Source: Phoronis australis (Eukaryota; Animalia; Phoronida). From it: a stretch of 64,000 nucleotides of DNA. Numbering within the stretch: the stretch's first letter is position 1; each line of letters opens with the position of its first letter. The stretch is taken from positions 656,624-720,623 of the forward strand of contig NMRA01000109.1 in assembly GCA_002633005.1 (NCBI GenBank). Direction: 5' to 3'. Under the pieces are notes generated by a model that worked only from the letters and a program-made list of their open reading frames with translations, was not told where the DNA came from and made no database searches. The position numbers and the translations under genes are program-made. Of the stretch, positions 49,301-62,345 are shown piece by piece.

Positions 49301-49730
49301 TACGGTACATCCTAATTTCATTTTAGTACACAGAATCTACCTGTTAAAATTGCAAACTTCTTTGCGAGAGTTGGACACATAGGTAACTTAAAGAAATTTG
49401 CAAATTGCAAGTCAATATTAGATCCAAGCCTATTTCACTCAACACCCACTCCAGGTGCAAGTTAAACATTTTCCAATCTAGACAAACAGAATTAGCATTT
49501 AGAAATAAACAAAGTGTTGCCAAACTACTTACCACAGTGAAGTTCATGACCTTCAGTATCCACACTGTAAGTGCCATGTTGATGATGAGGAGAATCATGA
49601 GGATAAGTACAAACAGGTAGAGGCACCGTTTACGCCAGCCGTAGATGCCCACCTGTGGGGTGTAGGTGTCCAGACCACCCAGCGTCGAGCTCTGCGACCG
49701 TGACCCGTTGGCCCGACCGTGACCCGTCAT
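28134..49730 (-). CDS. SGCD: Sarcoglycan, gamma/delta/zeta type; complement(join(28134-28307,30467-30587,33380-33452,36182-36301,44961-45048,49090-49191,49533-49730))
   Basis: [12 protein letters not shown] + type II TM + LKVMNF; GMGKLRIT; VGAERL; C-terminal LCIC..GRLFL..C..C. 876 nt in one frame. Co-ortholog of SGCD/SGCG/SGCZ. Confidence 0.93.
28678..28688. other. Assembly gap (11 N) in poly-C
   Basis: N run. Confidence 0.99.
28789..30065 (-). mobile_element. Diverged HINE-like element (related to 9792-10670); left boundary approximate
   Basis: Ends GTGGGTGCATAAA; recurring core AAATC..AAATTGACTGGTGCCG(G/T)CACA. Confidence 0.45.
30467..30587 (-). CDS. SGCD: Sarcoglycan exon
   Basis: cttgcag|A TTG...GCT|gtaggt; [40 protein letters not shown]. 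Confidence 0.87.
33380..33452 (-). CDS. SGCD: Sarcoglycan exon
   Basis: ttgcag|GT...CTC AT|gtaagt; [24 protein letters not shown], 73 nt. Confidence 0.9.
34299..34439. repeat. Long palindrome, 63-bp arms, 15-nt loop
   Basis: 34299-34361 vs 34377-34439, 58/63 complementary. Confidence 0.92.
36182..36301 (-). CDS. SGCD: Sarcoglycan exon
   Basis: ctgtag|GA...GCA G|gtaaca; [40 protein letters not shown]. Confidence 0.92.
36331..37410 (+). mobile_element. Interspersed repeat(s); TTAA-AGGGACACTATCGGT terminus recurs at 39251; segment ~37090-37410 recurs at ~40400-40750 (-) and ~42700-43000 (+)
   Basis: Shared sequence blocks seen by eye; boundaries approximate. Confidence 0.55.
37460..37685 (+). 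pseudogene. Frameshifted THAP domain relic of a DNA transposon
   Basis: RCACGG...VFKFPK..W / FVHRTR...[11 protein letters not shown]; CT-TTAA terminus at 38169-38173. Confidence 0.65.
44136..44875 (-). mobile_element. HINE-like element
   Basis: AACAAGAGCAA..TACGCCCAC end, ~145-bp cores, (GACG)n, GGGCGCATAAAAA end. Confidence 0.65.
44961..45048 (-). CDS. SGCD: Sarcoglycan exon
   Basis: tttcag|CCG...ATA G|gtaggc; [29 protein letters not shown], 88 nt, N-I-T sequon. Confidence 0.88.
45361..47981 (-). mobile_element. Two head-to-tail HINE-like elements with expanded core arrays
   Basis: Terminal GCGTCCA..ATATGTGGGCGCAT hairpins at ~46615-46642 and ~47949-47976; ~145-bp cores. Confidence 0.68.
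47589..47830 (-). mobile_element. tRNA-derived SINE nested in HINE element
   Basis: Minus-strand A-box TGGCCTGGTTG, B-box GGTTCAAGTCC, T/A-rich tail; 13-bp TSD CCCATCC(A/G)TGAAA at 47576 and 47831. Confidence 0.75.
48588..48827. repeat. Degenerate ~10-bp minisatellite (GATACACAGT)n
   Basis: About 20 variant units. Confidence 0.88.
49090..49191 (-). CDS. SGCD: Sarcoglycan exon
   Basis: ttttag|TAT...TCA|gtgagt; [34 protein letters not shown]. Confidence 0.92.
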
Positions 49731-49747
49731 TCTAGGTGGAACATCAC
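49533..49747 (-). CDS. SGCD: Sarcoglycan exon: cytoplasmic region and TM (ATG at 49730; frame open up to acceptor)
   Basis: ttgtacag|GTGATG...GTG|gtaagt; [41 protein letters not shown]. Confidence 0.93.
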
Positions 49748-51019
49748 CTGTACAAATGAAAACATTTGAGACTATCTCTTTCCCACACTACCTCTCCACC
49801 CCACAATCTCCCTCACCCCTCTCTTCTGCAATAATATACACCTTGACTTGCGGTTAGCAACATTTCACACTAAGTCTACAAAACCCAACGTACACTCGGG
49901 AAACCGATGGTCATCCGCCCAAGCATAAAACCGCCTTTTTGTCGTACTCATCGAATCATTCCACTTCAAAGTTATGCTCTGAGTAGGATTTGATTTAACT
50001 CTCACAAATATATAGTATTTGTTGATTCGAAAGTTTTCTTTATTGATGCCGAGTTGTTTCAACTGTACATTGCTTTTCGGCAGCCCTTTCATAATGACTC
50101 CTATGGTCGACACATGCTGCCGCCCTTTGAATGAGCAGAAAAACATACAGAAAAAAGACCAAGACGAGAGCGCTCGGAGGAGCGACACTTGGCGAAATTA
50201 CGCAAAAACAAGACGATGGGGAGGACGACGACGACAATCATGACGACTAGCAAAAAATGAAAAATATCTTATGAAAGCCCGTTTAAAACTCTATTGAGCT
50301 GTACAGATTTCTGATCAGTTAATATACATGGCAAGAAATTCCCGGCACACAAAACTATTTGCAAAAAACCCCAAATTTGACGATTTTCTCCCCGAAATAA
50401 CCACTTCCCTGCAACTGCAAGAAAAAGTCTCACTACAGATTCAGGATGCTCGTCCCCTCTAGATTCTAACTATGTGGTCATAGAAAGCCCCTTACCAGCT
50501 ACTTTTTTGGCAAATTTGATCTGTCTGACAGCCACCTGAAATCGCACCCAGTTTCTTGGACAGCAGACGACAGGGGTTGATAGCAAATGACAGCCACCAG
50601 TTTGCATCAAAAGTAGGTAAAAACCTGGCTTTTCTCATTCAAAAACACAAGTAAATAAGTTTCCTGGCAACTGTTGTCAACAATTTCCTCAAACCACCCG
50701 CCAAACCTGACACACGCCCTCAACATAAATTCTAGGGACTAGAAAATGCTCCGTGGCCGCCGCCTGACTGTTCAGTGCTACCTACAGTCTTGAGCGACAA
50801 TAGGCAAAACTGACGATGATTGTGATGATGAAGGTGGCAATGATGAACAACATCATGACATTCATACGATGAACTTAGATGTCATAAATTAGTAAGAAAT
50901 AAGGTACAGTCTTGTTCACATAAACTAAACCAACATCAATACGCTCAACAAAGGAACAGTGCTATCAGAAAATCTCAAATAATTCCAAAAAGTAGACGTC
51001 CTAGCGAAAAACGGGAAAC

Positions 51020-51410
51020 ATCTTCTGAAAGCCCGTTCCAAACTCTATCTAAACTGATAGGTTCCCAACATTCCATATTTTTTTTTAAAAAATTGAAATT
51101 TTACGTTTTTTCGAAATTCAAAGTCAAATAACTCGAAAAGGGTAAGTCTGAGCAAAATGTTATTGCTGAACTTTTGAAAGAGCATACTTCAAGGAATCCA
51201 CATGCAAAAACTCACGTCATTTGCTCTACCCGTTAAAAATGCGACACCAGAACGATTGAAAACGGGTGAAAATGCGCCAGAGCCACCATCTTGAAAATGA
51301 CTTCCAGTTTGACAAAATTTTATAAAAGCTGATCAAATGCAACAAACACGTGACCAGTTTGAAAATGATTGGTTCACCAATGCACCCTCTACAGGAGAAA
51401 ACGTTTTCGG
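51020..51410. mobile_element. Interspersed repeat, also at 59587-59971 and partly at ~50272
   Basis: Shared GAAAGCCCGTT..AAATTCAAAGTCAAATAACTCGAAAA..CTCTACAGGAGAAAACGTTTT; similar ORF-track peptides at 51226 and 59780. Confidence 0.8.
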
Positions 51411-54400
51411 CCAATTATCGAAGTGCACATGCGCCACTGCCGATATTTCCGCCATCTTTGACCGGAAGTTAAAGACTTAGGGCACAGTTGTAGTGCTTGT
51501 GTGCTATGATAATCGTACCAATGTTCAGCCCTGCACGTCGAAAAATGCGGCCTCTATGAGCAATGTCTTCATGGTCTTGTTCAACAGAAGCTAAACCAAC
51601 ATCAGCCGAATTTCATCATGAACGCACGCCCAGACAGAGGTGACGGCAATATGTACCCACATAAAATATGAGGGCACATAATAAAGCCACACTTATAGGA
51701 GATGCACTTGACACGGAACAACTCACATGGAACGCCAATATTCTGATATAACGTGCCCGCATTTTGAGAAGCAGTTTGATTCCCGTTATTTAGTGGGGAA
51801 AACTGGTTTTCAAAATTCAGTCATGTTATATCGGATCATTACCCATGGAACAGCTGATCGGGATCAAGAACTGTGCGCAAACACAACTAACACAGAACAA
51901 GTTGACACCGTGGCACCCATTTTTGTTCTCGTTTGAGAAGTAGAACAACTCTACACCTCTAAATACAAACTGGAAGGGACAAAGTGAAAGGGACCATTTT
52001 TTCTTATGCTAGCGATCACACTGTTTTGTACATGGTTAATCTGAACATGCGCAGACTGTCTTCGTATAATCGACCTCCATGCTAATCCTGTTTGTGATAA
52101 TGTCACATAAAAATATGAGTGTAGTGAAGCAACTCGTGCCATGACAACTTCCACCATGATAATAGTTCCTCGCATAACAACGACTTCACAATAAGCAAAT
52201 AATGCAGCCTGTAAAACAAGAACTGATGACAAACATTAAAAAGACTCTAGACCTACCAACTTTTTGAACATGTAATTGGGCACTGCTGTCAAAAGTAGCC
52301 TTTTTAAACACCACCACCAAGGCCTACGTCCATCTCCATATTAAAAATATCCATTCAAAATTCCACATGGCAACTATACATTCTACAGTATTTACCCATA
52401 CCTTCGCATGCCACCACCACGCTCAGGGATGGATCAAAGAATTTGAATAGGAGGGCCAGGACTACTGACATGTATTACATCACCCTCTGGCCCCTTCTCT
52501 AAATCCACTACTAATGTTGGTCATTAATTCACATCAAATTCACCATTCCTATGTTTTCCTTCATGTTCTGAGTTCCAGTGATAACATCAGGCAAGTTGCC
52601 AAAACTGCACAAATGAATGTGAATTATTGCTGAGCCAATTAAACTCCCTTGCATTCAATCCTTATTCTAACACAAATACCGGTAAACTCATTTGTATTCT
52701 ATCATCATTTTACCACAAATAGTGATAATTCATTAATCAATTACACATTTTCATACCTCCGTGAAAGGGGAGACCTCAGTTTAGCACAATAGTAACGTGA
52801 TCTCTAGGACAAAACAATTTGATCAGCTGACTAAGCTAATTCTGGGAGAATAAATTCAATACAATAACTACATTTGTCTTATCTTAACTATATGTTTGAA
52901 GTACTTTCAAAACACAAAAATAAAATTCTACTGTAACCGTGCTTACCATCAACAACAGATACATTGCATTGCTTGATTCATTTTCTATAGAAAAGTACTT
53001 ACTGATAACTTTTTGCTTGAACTAAAACCGAAAAATGACCATAGAAGAGAGACAACATTTTTCCAGTCAGTGGTAAAAAATACAGATTCATTTGTGTATT
53101 TTTACCTGCCAGGTAAAACATGTGGTACATAAATGGTTTTGAGCATGACACTGACGCCTGGCATATGGTCTAGAAAAAATGGGAAAGTAGGGAAGATGAT
53201 CTTGGGACTAATCAGTGTTTCTTAAGTGGGTGTTTATAAAAGCAGGCATCTGAAACAAACTAATGAAAAGAGGCATAAACTGTAACCTTTTACAGAGACT
53301 GTTGCAAGCAGGTGGAAATACATAGACTATGAATTGGAAGACGATTGAGAGAAAAAGGTGAGACAAGAAATTAAATCAAATTCTCTAAAATCCACAATCT
53401 ACCAGAATATCAACAGCAGAACATGTTTAAGCCCACCTTTAGCAAGACAGAAAAGTGGGTAATTAAAATTCATTCTCGGAAAAAGTGACAGTTTGGCACT
53501 CTCAAATAGAGGATTAATGTCAAAATAAGATATATATTTATTACGTTATGTATCAATAAAAGTATGACTTCATGAAAACAACGGAAACTGATAAAATTCT
53601 AAAACTGGATGTATGCTAACTACTATCTTATAAAAATTACGTTTTCATGAGTTCTGACGTGCAGTAACAAAATACCATGAACACAATAACATCAGCATTC
53701 TTGAAACTGATAGGTGGATGGGTTTAGAAGAGTTCAGCAAACGCCGGATGATGGATGCAGGGCACTGATGTCACAAGACATGACAGCAATATGCACCCAC
53801 ATATGCACGTGTGGGTGCATAAAAATCACAGTTGTATAATGTTTTCATAAAGCCATCTTACGATAGCTTCAATAACCCAAACATCAAACAATAACTTTGG
53901 TGAACCAAGTGTGAAAGGTTCAGTTAACTTTCCAGTTAACGGTAAAAATTCTTCAATTTGGGACACAAAATGGAGACAGGTGAAAGATTACTTCGGCAAA
54001 ATTCTCAACAAAATAAGTTTTCAGGAAAATTTACTTTGCTTTTTAACGTGGTTTGCATGGTGTAGCTATTTGGTAACATTTTGAGACTTTGCAACAATGT
54101 GGTAAGCATCTGAAAAATAGAAATATGGCAATTTAAGCAATTATGTTTGTCTCAAACTGAAGAATTTTATGGTACATCAACCAAGCTCCTGCAATCTGTA
54201 AACATACAAGCATCTCACAAACTTCCACTTTTATTATCACCTTGTTAGGCCAACAACAAACAAGCTGCTGATGTCAAACACTGACTAAGCTAAGAGAATC
54301 CAGGATTACAGGGACTGTTGCAGGTGTGGCCACAGACACACAGTGACTAATCAAAGTTCTTGTCTGTTCATGTCATGTGGCGCAAATCTACTTGTTTTCT

Positions 54401-57172
54401 GTTTATTGAACACTGTTGCTAGTGAGCCATAGTATTCGTCTGACGTTTGTCTGCCCTGTTTGTGACTTCTCAAATCATAATTTAAGGATGTTGTGCCTCT
54501 CCTAGACTGTTGCCCTAGTCACCACAGACAAACACAAACTAATGGAACATGTTGTCTACTCATGATGTCATGTGGCGTGAATCTACTTGTGTTTATTTAA
54601 CCCATTGCTGTGGCAGTGATCTAAGGTTCTCAAATCACATTTTAACCTTTAAGACAGTTATTATTCAAATGTAATAATTTGAAACACAATCAATTCAGTC
54701 TCCAGTCTAAAACATCCCCTTTACTGGATATCAACTTTAATTTCATAATATCAGGCTTTTTGTTTATTTATCTTTACAACTTTGTCCAGTCATTCATAAA
54801 CCTCTTGTTTCACAAAAAGAGTCCGGCTTATGTTCACACATAAACAAGGACATCCAAAAGAAGAAAACAGGTTAATCTAATGAGCGATTGCCTACAGAAG
54901 ACACTTGTGCAGTGTAATATTCCAAGCATTAGCATTCGTTCCTAGGACTTAAATCAGTGACACCCTTCACATGGCAACTTTAGAACAAGTAATAAAATTA
55001 TCTTTTTATGGTGCTAACCATAAATTCATGTTTTTTTCAGTTTTCAAATTCTTGCTACATTATTGTAAATGCTCAAAATTTTCAAAGTAGAAGAAAGCAC
55101 AAAAAACCCTAACTCAGACCATCCTGAGTTTCGTCTACCTCACACAACCATAATATTCACCCATGGTCTTAAACAAAAAGACACTAAGCTGGAATAACAA
55201 CATAAAACCAAAAAGTTTACCATATCTAAAATTCCCAATTCCAGCCTCTGAAGCATGAAACATTCCTGACTCACAAGAAAGATTTTTTGAGTCTACAGTC
55301 AAACTTTATGCTTAAAGCAGCTACAAACACATGTTCCTTTTCCATCTATGAAGTGAACATTTCATTTAGACCACTTACCACTATAAAAGTGGCCTCAAAT
55401 TGTTGTTTACTCAGATGAGAAGTGATTTCTTGAATTTCAAAGGACTGGTTATTATTCCTTGAGACCATGCTGAGCATATAAAATGACCGACCATGACTTG
55501 TAGAGTCCAGTCTTTGGCAATAACAAACAGTTCTTTTGAAGTTCTGATATCACCACTAACTTGAATAAAGAACACTTTGAAACCAATTTCAAAACTGTAC
55601 ATCAAAAGTTAGTTTTCACAATAGGCGGGGTAAATTTATAGACGCCTTAAAGTGATACAAACATTTTTTGTGTCCATGTAGAAATGGCAGAAGGTATCCA
55701 ACATCTATAGTGCCATTTACACCACAAAAGTTGTCACCGATCAGCTGACACAGAACGAGATGTTCTAGCGCAAGTATATGTGTAAACAGGACTGACCTGG
55801 AGCAAACTGACACCGCGGTGACAACTTTTGCCACCCGTTTGTGAGGTAGAGCAATCTGCGCTCGATCATATTGTTCTGTGTCAATTATATGTCTAAACGC
55901 GAAACTGGGGCAAGGCGGAAAAGATCATATCTACTGTGCTTGTGCAATGGCCTACATACGGGTTCTCTGTCTCTGCAACTCCCGCCATTTGTAAAGCTGC
56001 GCAAGAGCGTTCCACTCTCCAGCCTACAACTTCCATCTTGCCACAGATAGTGAGTTGTGTGTGTAAATGGCCACTTGACACCGATCACTTTGCTGCGTGT
56101 CAGCTGCGCCGGGCCAAAAGTTGATGTCTAAACGGGACTTTTGTGCCCCGCTTGTCCTCATCTCAACACTCTACCAATATTTGTTAGATGACAACAGTAC
56201 AGAGAAAACTAAACCAAAACTCCTATATGTTGTGAAAAAGGACAAAACAAAATTTCACTTTTCTACTGTACAATAATTCAAACTGAAGAAATTTTACCTT
56301 GCATAATTTTCCTTTGGTTTGACTACCGTACTTTACACTCCTAAGCAAGCAAAAGGCTTCCTCTAAATCCATTTGAAACAAGTAGCCACTTGCCTTCAAC
56401 AGTCTCTTGGTCTGCCTCAGCAATCTAATCAACCAGGCTGGATAATGACTTTCTAACGTAAATGTTTAAGATTTGTTGCCTCAGGCATTCCATAAAAAGC
56501 AGTTCCCATTGTTCTCTGTGACTCAAAGTATAACAAGGCCATAGGCTATTTTTGTAGAACTAGAAAACATAGATAAGGCCAAAGAAAATATCGTAATTTG
56601 TGCTGCACTGAAACCTGTGCCTTACTGTCTAAAGAAACATGAAGTCCCTACACCATCACTTGCAGTGAAATTCTTTTTTTCAAAAGCTATACAAATGTAT
56701 TTAATATAGTTTTTTTCATAATGTGGTTTAAAAACTTAACGAATCACCTCTTTCATGACTTAAATGGGTTAAACCGGTCTCCAAAAGCAAGTGGAGTGGC
56801 TTTGAGTCACAGCCTGCCCCCCCCCCCCNCCCCCCCGAGAATAGACCAAAAAACAATTATGTTTTTTATGGACTAACACAGCAACTGCACACACAAGTGA
56901 ATTGAAAACAAGTAAAATTAACCAGACTGCCTCAAAAGGTGTCACTAAATAAATACTTCAATTGAACTGAAAACTTTGAAGCAATGTTTGGTGGCACTTC
57001 AATCGTGGTTGATATTACCCACATTGCCTGCATTGAGTTGAAATTGTTAAAATACAGGATATCATGCGATAGGAACTGCTGGGTGTCATTTACTCAAATA
57101 AACTTCTGGATACTTTGACCAATTTTTCCTCAGTGCTATCCTTTTTACACACTCACTACTTGCAATACGGGC

Positions 57173-59346
57173 AAATCACAATCAAGGTCCATATTCGGTG
57201 GCCACTTTTGGTGAAAAATGAAGGTTGTCGTATAACTGTAAAACCTGGGTTATTTTAAAGACCATCATTCCAGGTTTGTAATCTAAAATATTTTTGCACA
57301 AGAACCACCGAATAAAATTTTATGGCCTAATGCATCACATTTGTATAAAAAGGTACGTACACTACAACTTGTAGTCACAGCCCATTTCTACCATGCAAAA
57401 ATTCATAAGGTACCTGTTAATTTAATAAGTTCTTGATCAAATTGAAGAAGTATCACATACTAAAGTAAGAAAAGTCATTACCGTGCTGATCAAGTTGTTC
57501 TAGATGATGATACATTGCATATCTTAACACAGTATAATGAGAATTTCTTCTCTTGCAATGTGATTCTTATAAAAAGAAAATGACAAGTAACTACTTTTTA
57601 AAAGAACTTTATTTACTTGTTGGTGTTGCAAGTTGTCTTGAGAGATAGAGAACCTGCCTCTGCAGCATCAGTTGTCACATGACGTGTCTTCTAGGATGTT
57701 TAGTACCAGCAAAGTAGTGTGTGTCATTTTTTTGCAACAAATTTGATAATGTCCATTGTTTTCTGTCAGAATGGATTCATTTTGGAAATATCAGTATTGT
57801 TCATGAGAACAGCAGTACTGGCAGTATGTAAAAATACTTGTGGGCAATACTTTATAGCAGAGGTTGAAGGTACGTACACTACACAGGGGTACGTACACTA
57901 CATTTCAATGACTTGTCAGATTTATAAAAAAATACTTAGAATCTACTGAAAGTTAGTTCATTTACCAAATCTATTTAAAGAGAACAAATAGTAAGTACTG
58001 CATACATGTGCATATCTGTCTGTCATTATTTGAAAACAGGCACATGTTATATTGTAGGGGTACATACACAACACAAATGCTAATATTTCACTCAAAACAA
58101 ATGTATTTGTAATTAACACCCTTTTAACCTGGCATTTTTAAAGGAGGAAGATGTCTGTGACAAGTGCTGCTTACTTACCGTGTAATATTTTTGTTTCATG
58201 GTACTTGTTCACATCGGGGTACGTACACTACGCAGGGGTACGTACACTGCAGTTCAATGACATGTCAATTTTGTAACTAAATACTTAGAACCTATTGAGA
58301 CTTAGTTGATTTACTAAATCAATTCAAAGAGAAAAAATAAAAAACACAGCATTCATGTGCATATTTGCCATACTTTGAAAATAGGCACAAATTAAAATAC
58401 AGGGGTACGTACACTACACAAATGCTAATATTTCACTCAAAACAAATGTATTTGCAATAAACACCCTTTTAACCTAACATTTTAAGAAAGGAAACTGTCT
58501 ATGACCAGTGTTGCTCACATACCAAGTGATATTTTAATTTCATGGCATTTGTAAACATGGGGGTACCTACACTACAAAAGGGGGTAAGTACACTACATCA
58601 CTGTCTATGCATCACTTGGTAACATAATGTTGTATGGCCATTTATTTCTCTTTGATGATAGTAAGCACCAATGATGTTGTTATTTGAAAGGCAATAATTT
58701 CATTTGCAATGACCATTTGTGTTACTGAATTCCACATGGGGGTACGTACACTACATTTTGTTAGCCTTTTTAGCCCATTTTCAACATAGCAGAACCCAGT
58801 CAATATCCAAACTTTTGGTTTGTTTAGATATTGAATAATTTGCTGTGTTGCTTAGGCTAACATATTCTGCAGTTCTTTTTATTACAGAGTGTGAATTTTA
58901 GGTTTTAACCTTCTTTACGGTAGGTGAGGGTTAGAAACACAGAATTTACAAATTTCGCAACGAGTGCCTGTTTCATGATGAATCCTGCCATTTCTCAGTG
59001 ATTAAGCACAACTTCGTCTAATTGACTCTGAAAGTGACTCAAGTTATTCCCAGTCATGTCTAAGCAATTGCTTACTTTATAAAATAAACTTCTTTTCTAC
59101 AGTTGACAATTGAAAATTGTAATTTTCAAAATGGCCACTCCTAACGCTAAAAATGCTTGAAATTCAGAGACAAAAACATTGGATAAATTTCTTAAACATT
59201 GTCCGATTTTGATGATCCTTTTTTTAATTTGAACAATTAAATAACTCTTTGCATATGAGATTCAGTTTGCATTTGGTAAGTGATCAAAAAAGTTATTTGA
59301 GACCGTAACACAGTCAACTCTCGAATATGGACCTTGATTGTGATTT
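57173..59346. mobile_element. 2.17-kb element with 25-bp perfect TIR and internal motif array
   Basis: AAATCACAATCAAGGTCCATATTCG (57173-57197) is the exact reverse complement of 59322-59346; ~10 GGTACGTACACTAC motifs. Confidence 0.75.
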
Positions 59347-59559
59347 AGCCGAATAATGAATGCAAGTATTCAGGTACCCATCACACACATCAGTGTTCCA
59401 AGACTTCAAGACTGATCCACACACTATGTTTTCATCCAATTTTTAGAATTGCCATGGACTTTTATGACAAGCTGTCCTGTTCCTGCATACAAGTTCTGAT
59501 TTGGCATGCTAACTGCCAGTTTTGGGTAAATTTTCTTGATTTTCATGGTAGCTACTTTC

Positions 59560-60331
59560 ACTTCTGGTACTCATTAAAGATACAAATGAAAGCCCGTTTA
59601 AATCTCTATCTAAAGTGGTAGTTTGGCAAAAATCAAAAAAATTTTCGAGAAAATTGAAAATTTGCCGTTTTTTTTGAAATTCAAAGTCAAATAACTCGAA
59701 AACGGTAAGTCTGAGAAATACGCTCTCGCAGACTTTTTGAAAGGCCATACCTCAAGGAATCAACTTGCAAAAATTCACGTCATTTGCTCTTCCCATAAAA
59801 AATGCGACAACACAGCGATTGAAACCGTGTGAACATGCTCCACAGCCGCCATCTTGGAAGTAACTTCCGGTCCAATAATTTTTTATAAAAGCTTATTAAT
59901 CTCAACAAACACCTGACCAGTTTGAAAGTGATTGGTTTGCAATTGCGCCCTCTACAGGAGAAAACGTTTTTNNNNNNNNNNNNNNNNNNNNNNNNNNNNN
60001 NNNNNNNNNNNNNNNNNNNNNNNNNNNNNNNNNNNNNNNNNNNNNNNNNNNNNNNNNNNNNNNNNNNNNNNNNNNNNNNNNNNNNNNNNNNNNNNNNNNN
60101 NNNNNNNNNNNNNNNNNNNNNNNNNNNNNNNNNNNNNNNNNNNNNNNNNNNNNNNNNNNNNNNNNNNNNNNNNNNNNNNNNNNNNNNNNNNNNNNNNNNN
60201 NNNNNNNNNNNNNNNNNNNNNNNNNNNNNNNNNNNNNNNNNNNNNNNNNGCAAAAAAAAAAAAAAAAAAAAAAAAAAAACTTGACGACAGAGCAACATAC
60301 TTGTCGGAATTCAAAGAATTCCGCCAAGTAA
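59560..60331. mobile_element. Repeat copy spanning the gap, ending in hairpin ACTTGTCGGAATTC-AAA-GAATTCCGCCAAGT
   Basis: Homology with 51020-51410; terminal stem-loop after poly-A. Confidence 0.5.
59972..60249. other. Assembly gap (278 N)
   Basis: N run. Confidence 0.99.
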
Positions 60332-62345
60332 TTACTCGAAAAGAATTTCATTTTATTGAACACGAGTGAAGTTTTTGGAGTCTTAGGCCTGGCATATTTT
60401 TCCTATTTTCTGGTTTCGAACATCCTGCATACAAGAAATTTTAGCACAAAGTAAATTATGCAACCGGTATACCAAGCTTAACACACATGGCTATAGGTCA
60501 AATCTTAAACACAAATGATTTAAATCATCTATACATTAACACTAATCGTAACCATCGTCACTGCTGAAAATTTGATCACATTTATTTATCATCCACAAGG
60601 ATAATTACAGGACCAGGATTCTCATCATTAGTACATAAACATTTTCACTGACGCACTGTGAATGCTTAACTCAGGCCAATGGGCGTATTAAAATGAGTTG
60701 CAATCACGCCTTATTTTGTCTTGAATTATATCCATTGCATTCAGATTGTAATAAAAGGACAATGCCAAAGTCAGTAACGAAAACAACCAGTGCAGGTAGG
60801 TGTACAGATCCAAACTGAGGGTTTAGGTGTTCAGTTTGCATGTTCAGTCGTTCATACCAATCACTAATTGCCACATAATGGAGGTAGCAGACACACCCCA
60901 CACATTTTAATGTTAAAACATCCTCCCCTTTTCCAAAAAACTTGAAATCAAAAAAGAAAGTAATGTGACTCGTAAGTCTTCGAAATTAATCCATACATTT
61001 GTGACCCATATCCCACATTTTCCTTAAAAAATGATCCCAGCATTATCACAAAATTTTCTTGATTCAAGTTCGGTAAAGCTGTACTTCCTTTCCACTTACA
61101 GCAGGTGAAACCAAGACACTGACATCGCTTGATTTCCCCTCTTGAGCTAGACTTGTAAATTTTCTGGCCAGGATAACATCAATTTCAATATATAGTTAGA
61201 CTAGACGGATTTTACCAGGGCAAGTGGCCTAGTCAGTGATTTGGATTTTGTATGTAGCAAAACAAATAGAATAGTAATCAGGGACAGACACTCTATATGA
61301 TGTTCTATCATCATCCATAACTTGCAATTACGTTTGGATGGAATAATATCACCTGTCAGCATAATTTCAGTAACACTTTAGACATTTCTAGGAGAAGAGT
61401 TAATTCAAACACATTCATTAAAACCTATGGCCAATTGCACCATATGTGCAAGGCATAGCTGGTCTACTGCTTATTACTATTATTATCAATAATCTGATGT
61501 AACAGACACGGCCAATGAACTGTAATCAATATTATTACTTACTAGGTTTTCATTTGCAACATTACCCATTGCCAATTACAAAATCAAAGTCATAGCTCAT
61601 GAGGGTGATCTCTAACACAACCGCAGCAATCAAATCTAAGCTCATATGTCAAAGTCAAACGTATAGTTGCACAGCCCCGATTCTCAATTCTCAAAAACAG
61701 AATATGTCAAAATTTTGTTGTTGTTTTAGCACATTGTAAATTCTGTTTCTAAAGCCAAAGCCTCTGTTTTGGTGAGGATTTTGTTACATCCATTCTGGAC
61801 AAAAATTTTGACAAAATTTACATTTTTTACACAGCAAATTGTGCTTTGCCATTAGCTTTACTATCGCCAAGCAACACGTGATGTTACCGGTATGTTACTT
61901 GCTATTCCCTTGTCCACAAGGTAGTCAGCCATTGAAAGTGGAAAATATCAATTTTTGTAATTTCAATTTTCTACAAAATAAATGAAAATAATTATACGAT
62001 GATTCTGGTCTAAAAACAGGCTCATAATGCATGACTCATTTCCAATCAGGTAAGAACTTGTAATGGGTGTTACGGGGAGCGTTGTTCAGTTGGAATGCTT
62101 AGTATGTAAATTCTGTTTAGGGTGAATCAGCACATGAAGTTATCGACTGATGTCCATGTCAGCAATGGCACATATTATCACATTTGTGAACATTTTGTTA
62201 TGTTCATCATTCTTCTTCAAAAGATTTCATTATGTCCAACTATGCACATACTTGACTATTAATATTTAACAATTTTAAATACTAACAGTTAGTTTATACT
62301 TGCAATACTAACTTGATCCTAGTATCACCAGGCAATAGAAGCTGA

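Noticed and set aside
54329-54609. Diverged ~90-bp direct duplication (similar case at 128-320)
   Set aside because: Ordinary local duplication with no further structure.
57482-57515. Minus-strand MYHHLEQLDQH-G|gtaatg as first coding exon of sarcoglycan (phase fits)
   Set aside because: Lies inside the TIR element, with no independent support.
57352-58754. GGTACGTACACTAC array as CRISPR
   Set aside because: Repeat is too short, spacing irregular and the spacers are themselves duplicated.
59780-60369. Long ORFs in the ORF track
   Set aside because: Artefacts of the N gap and poly-A.
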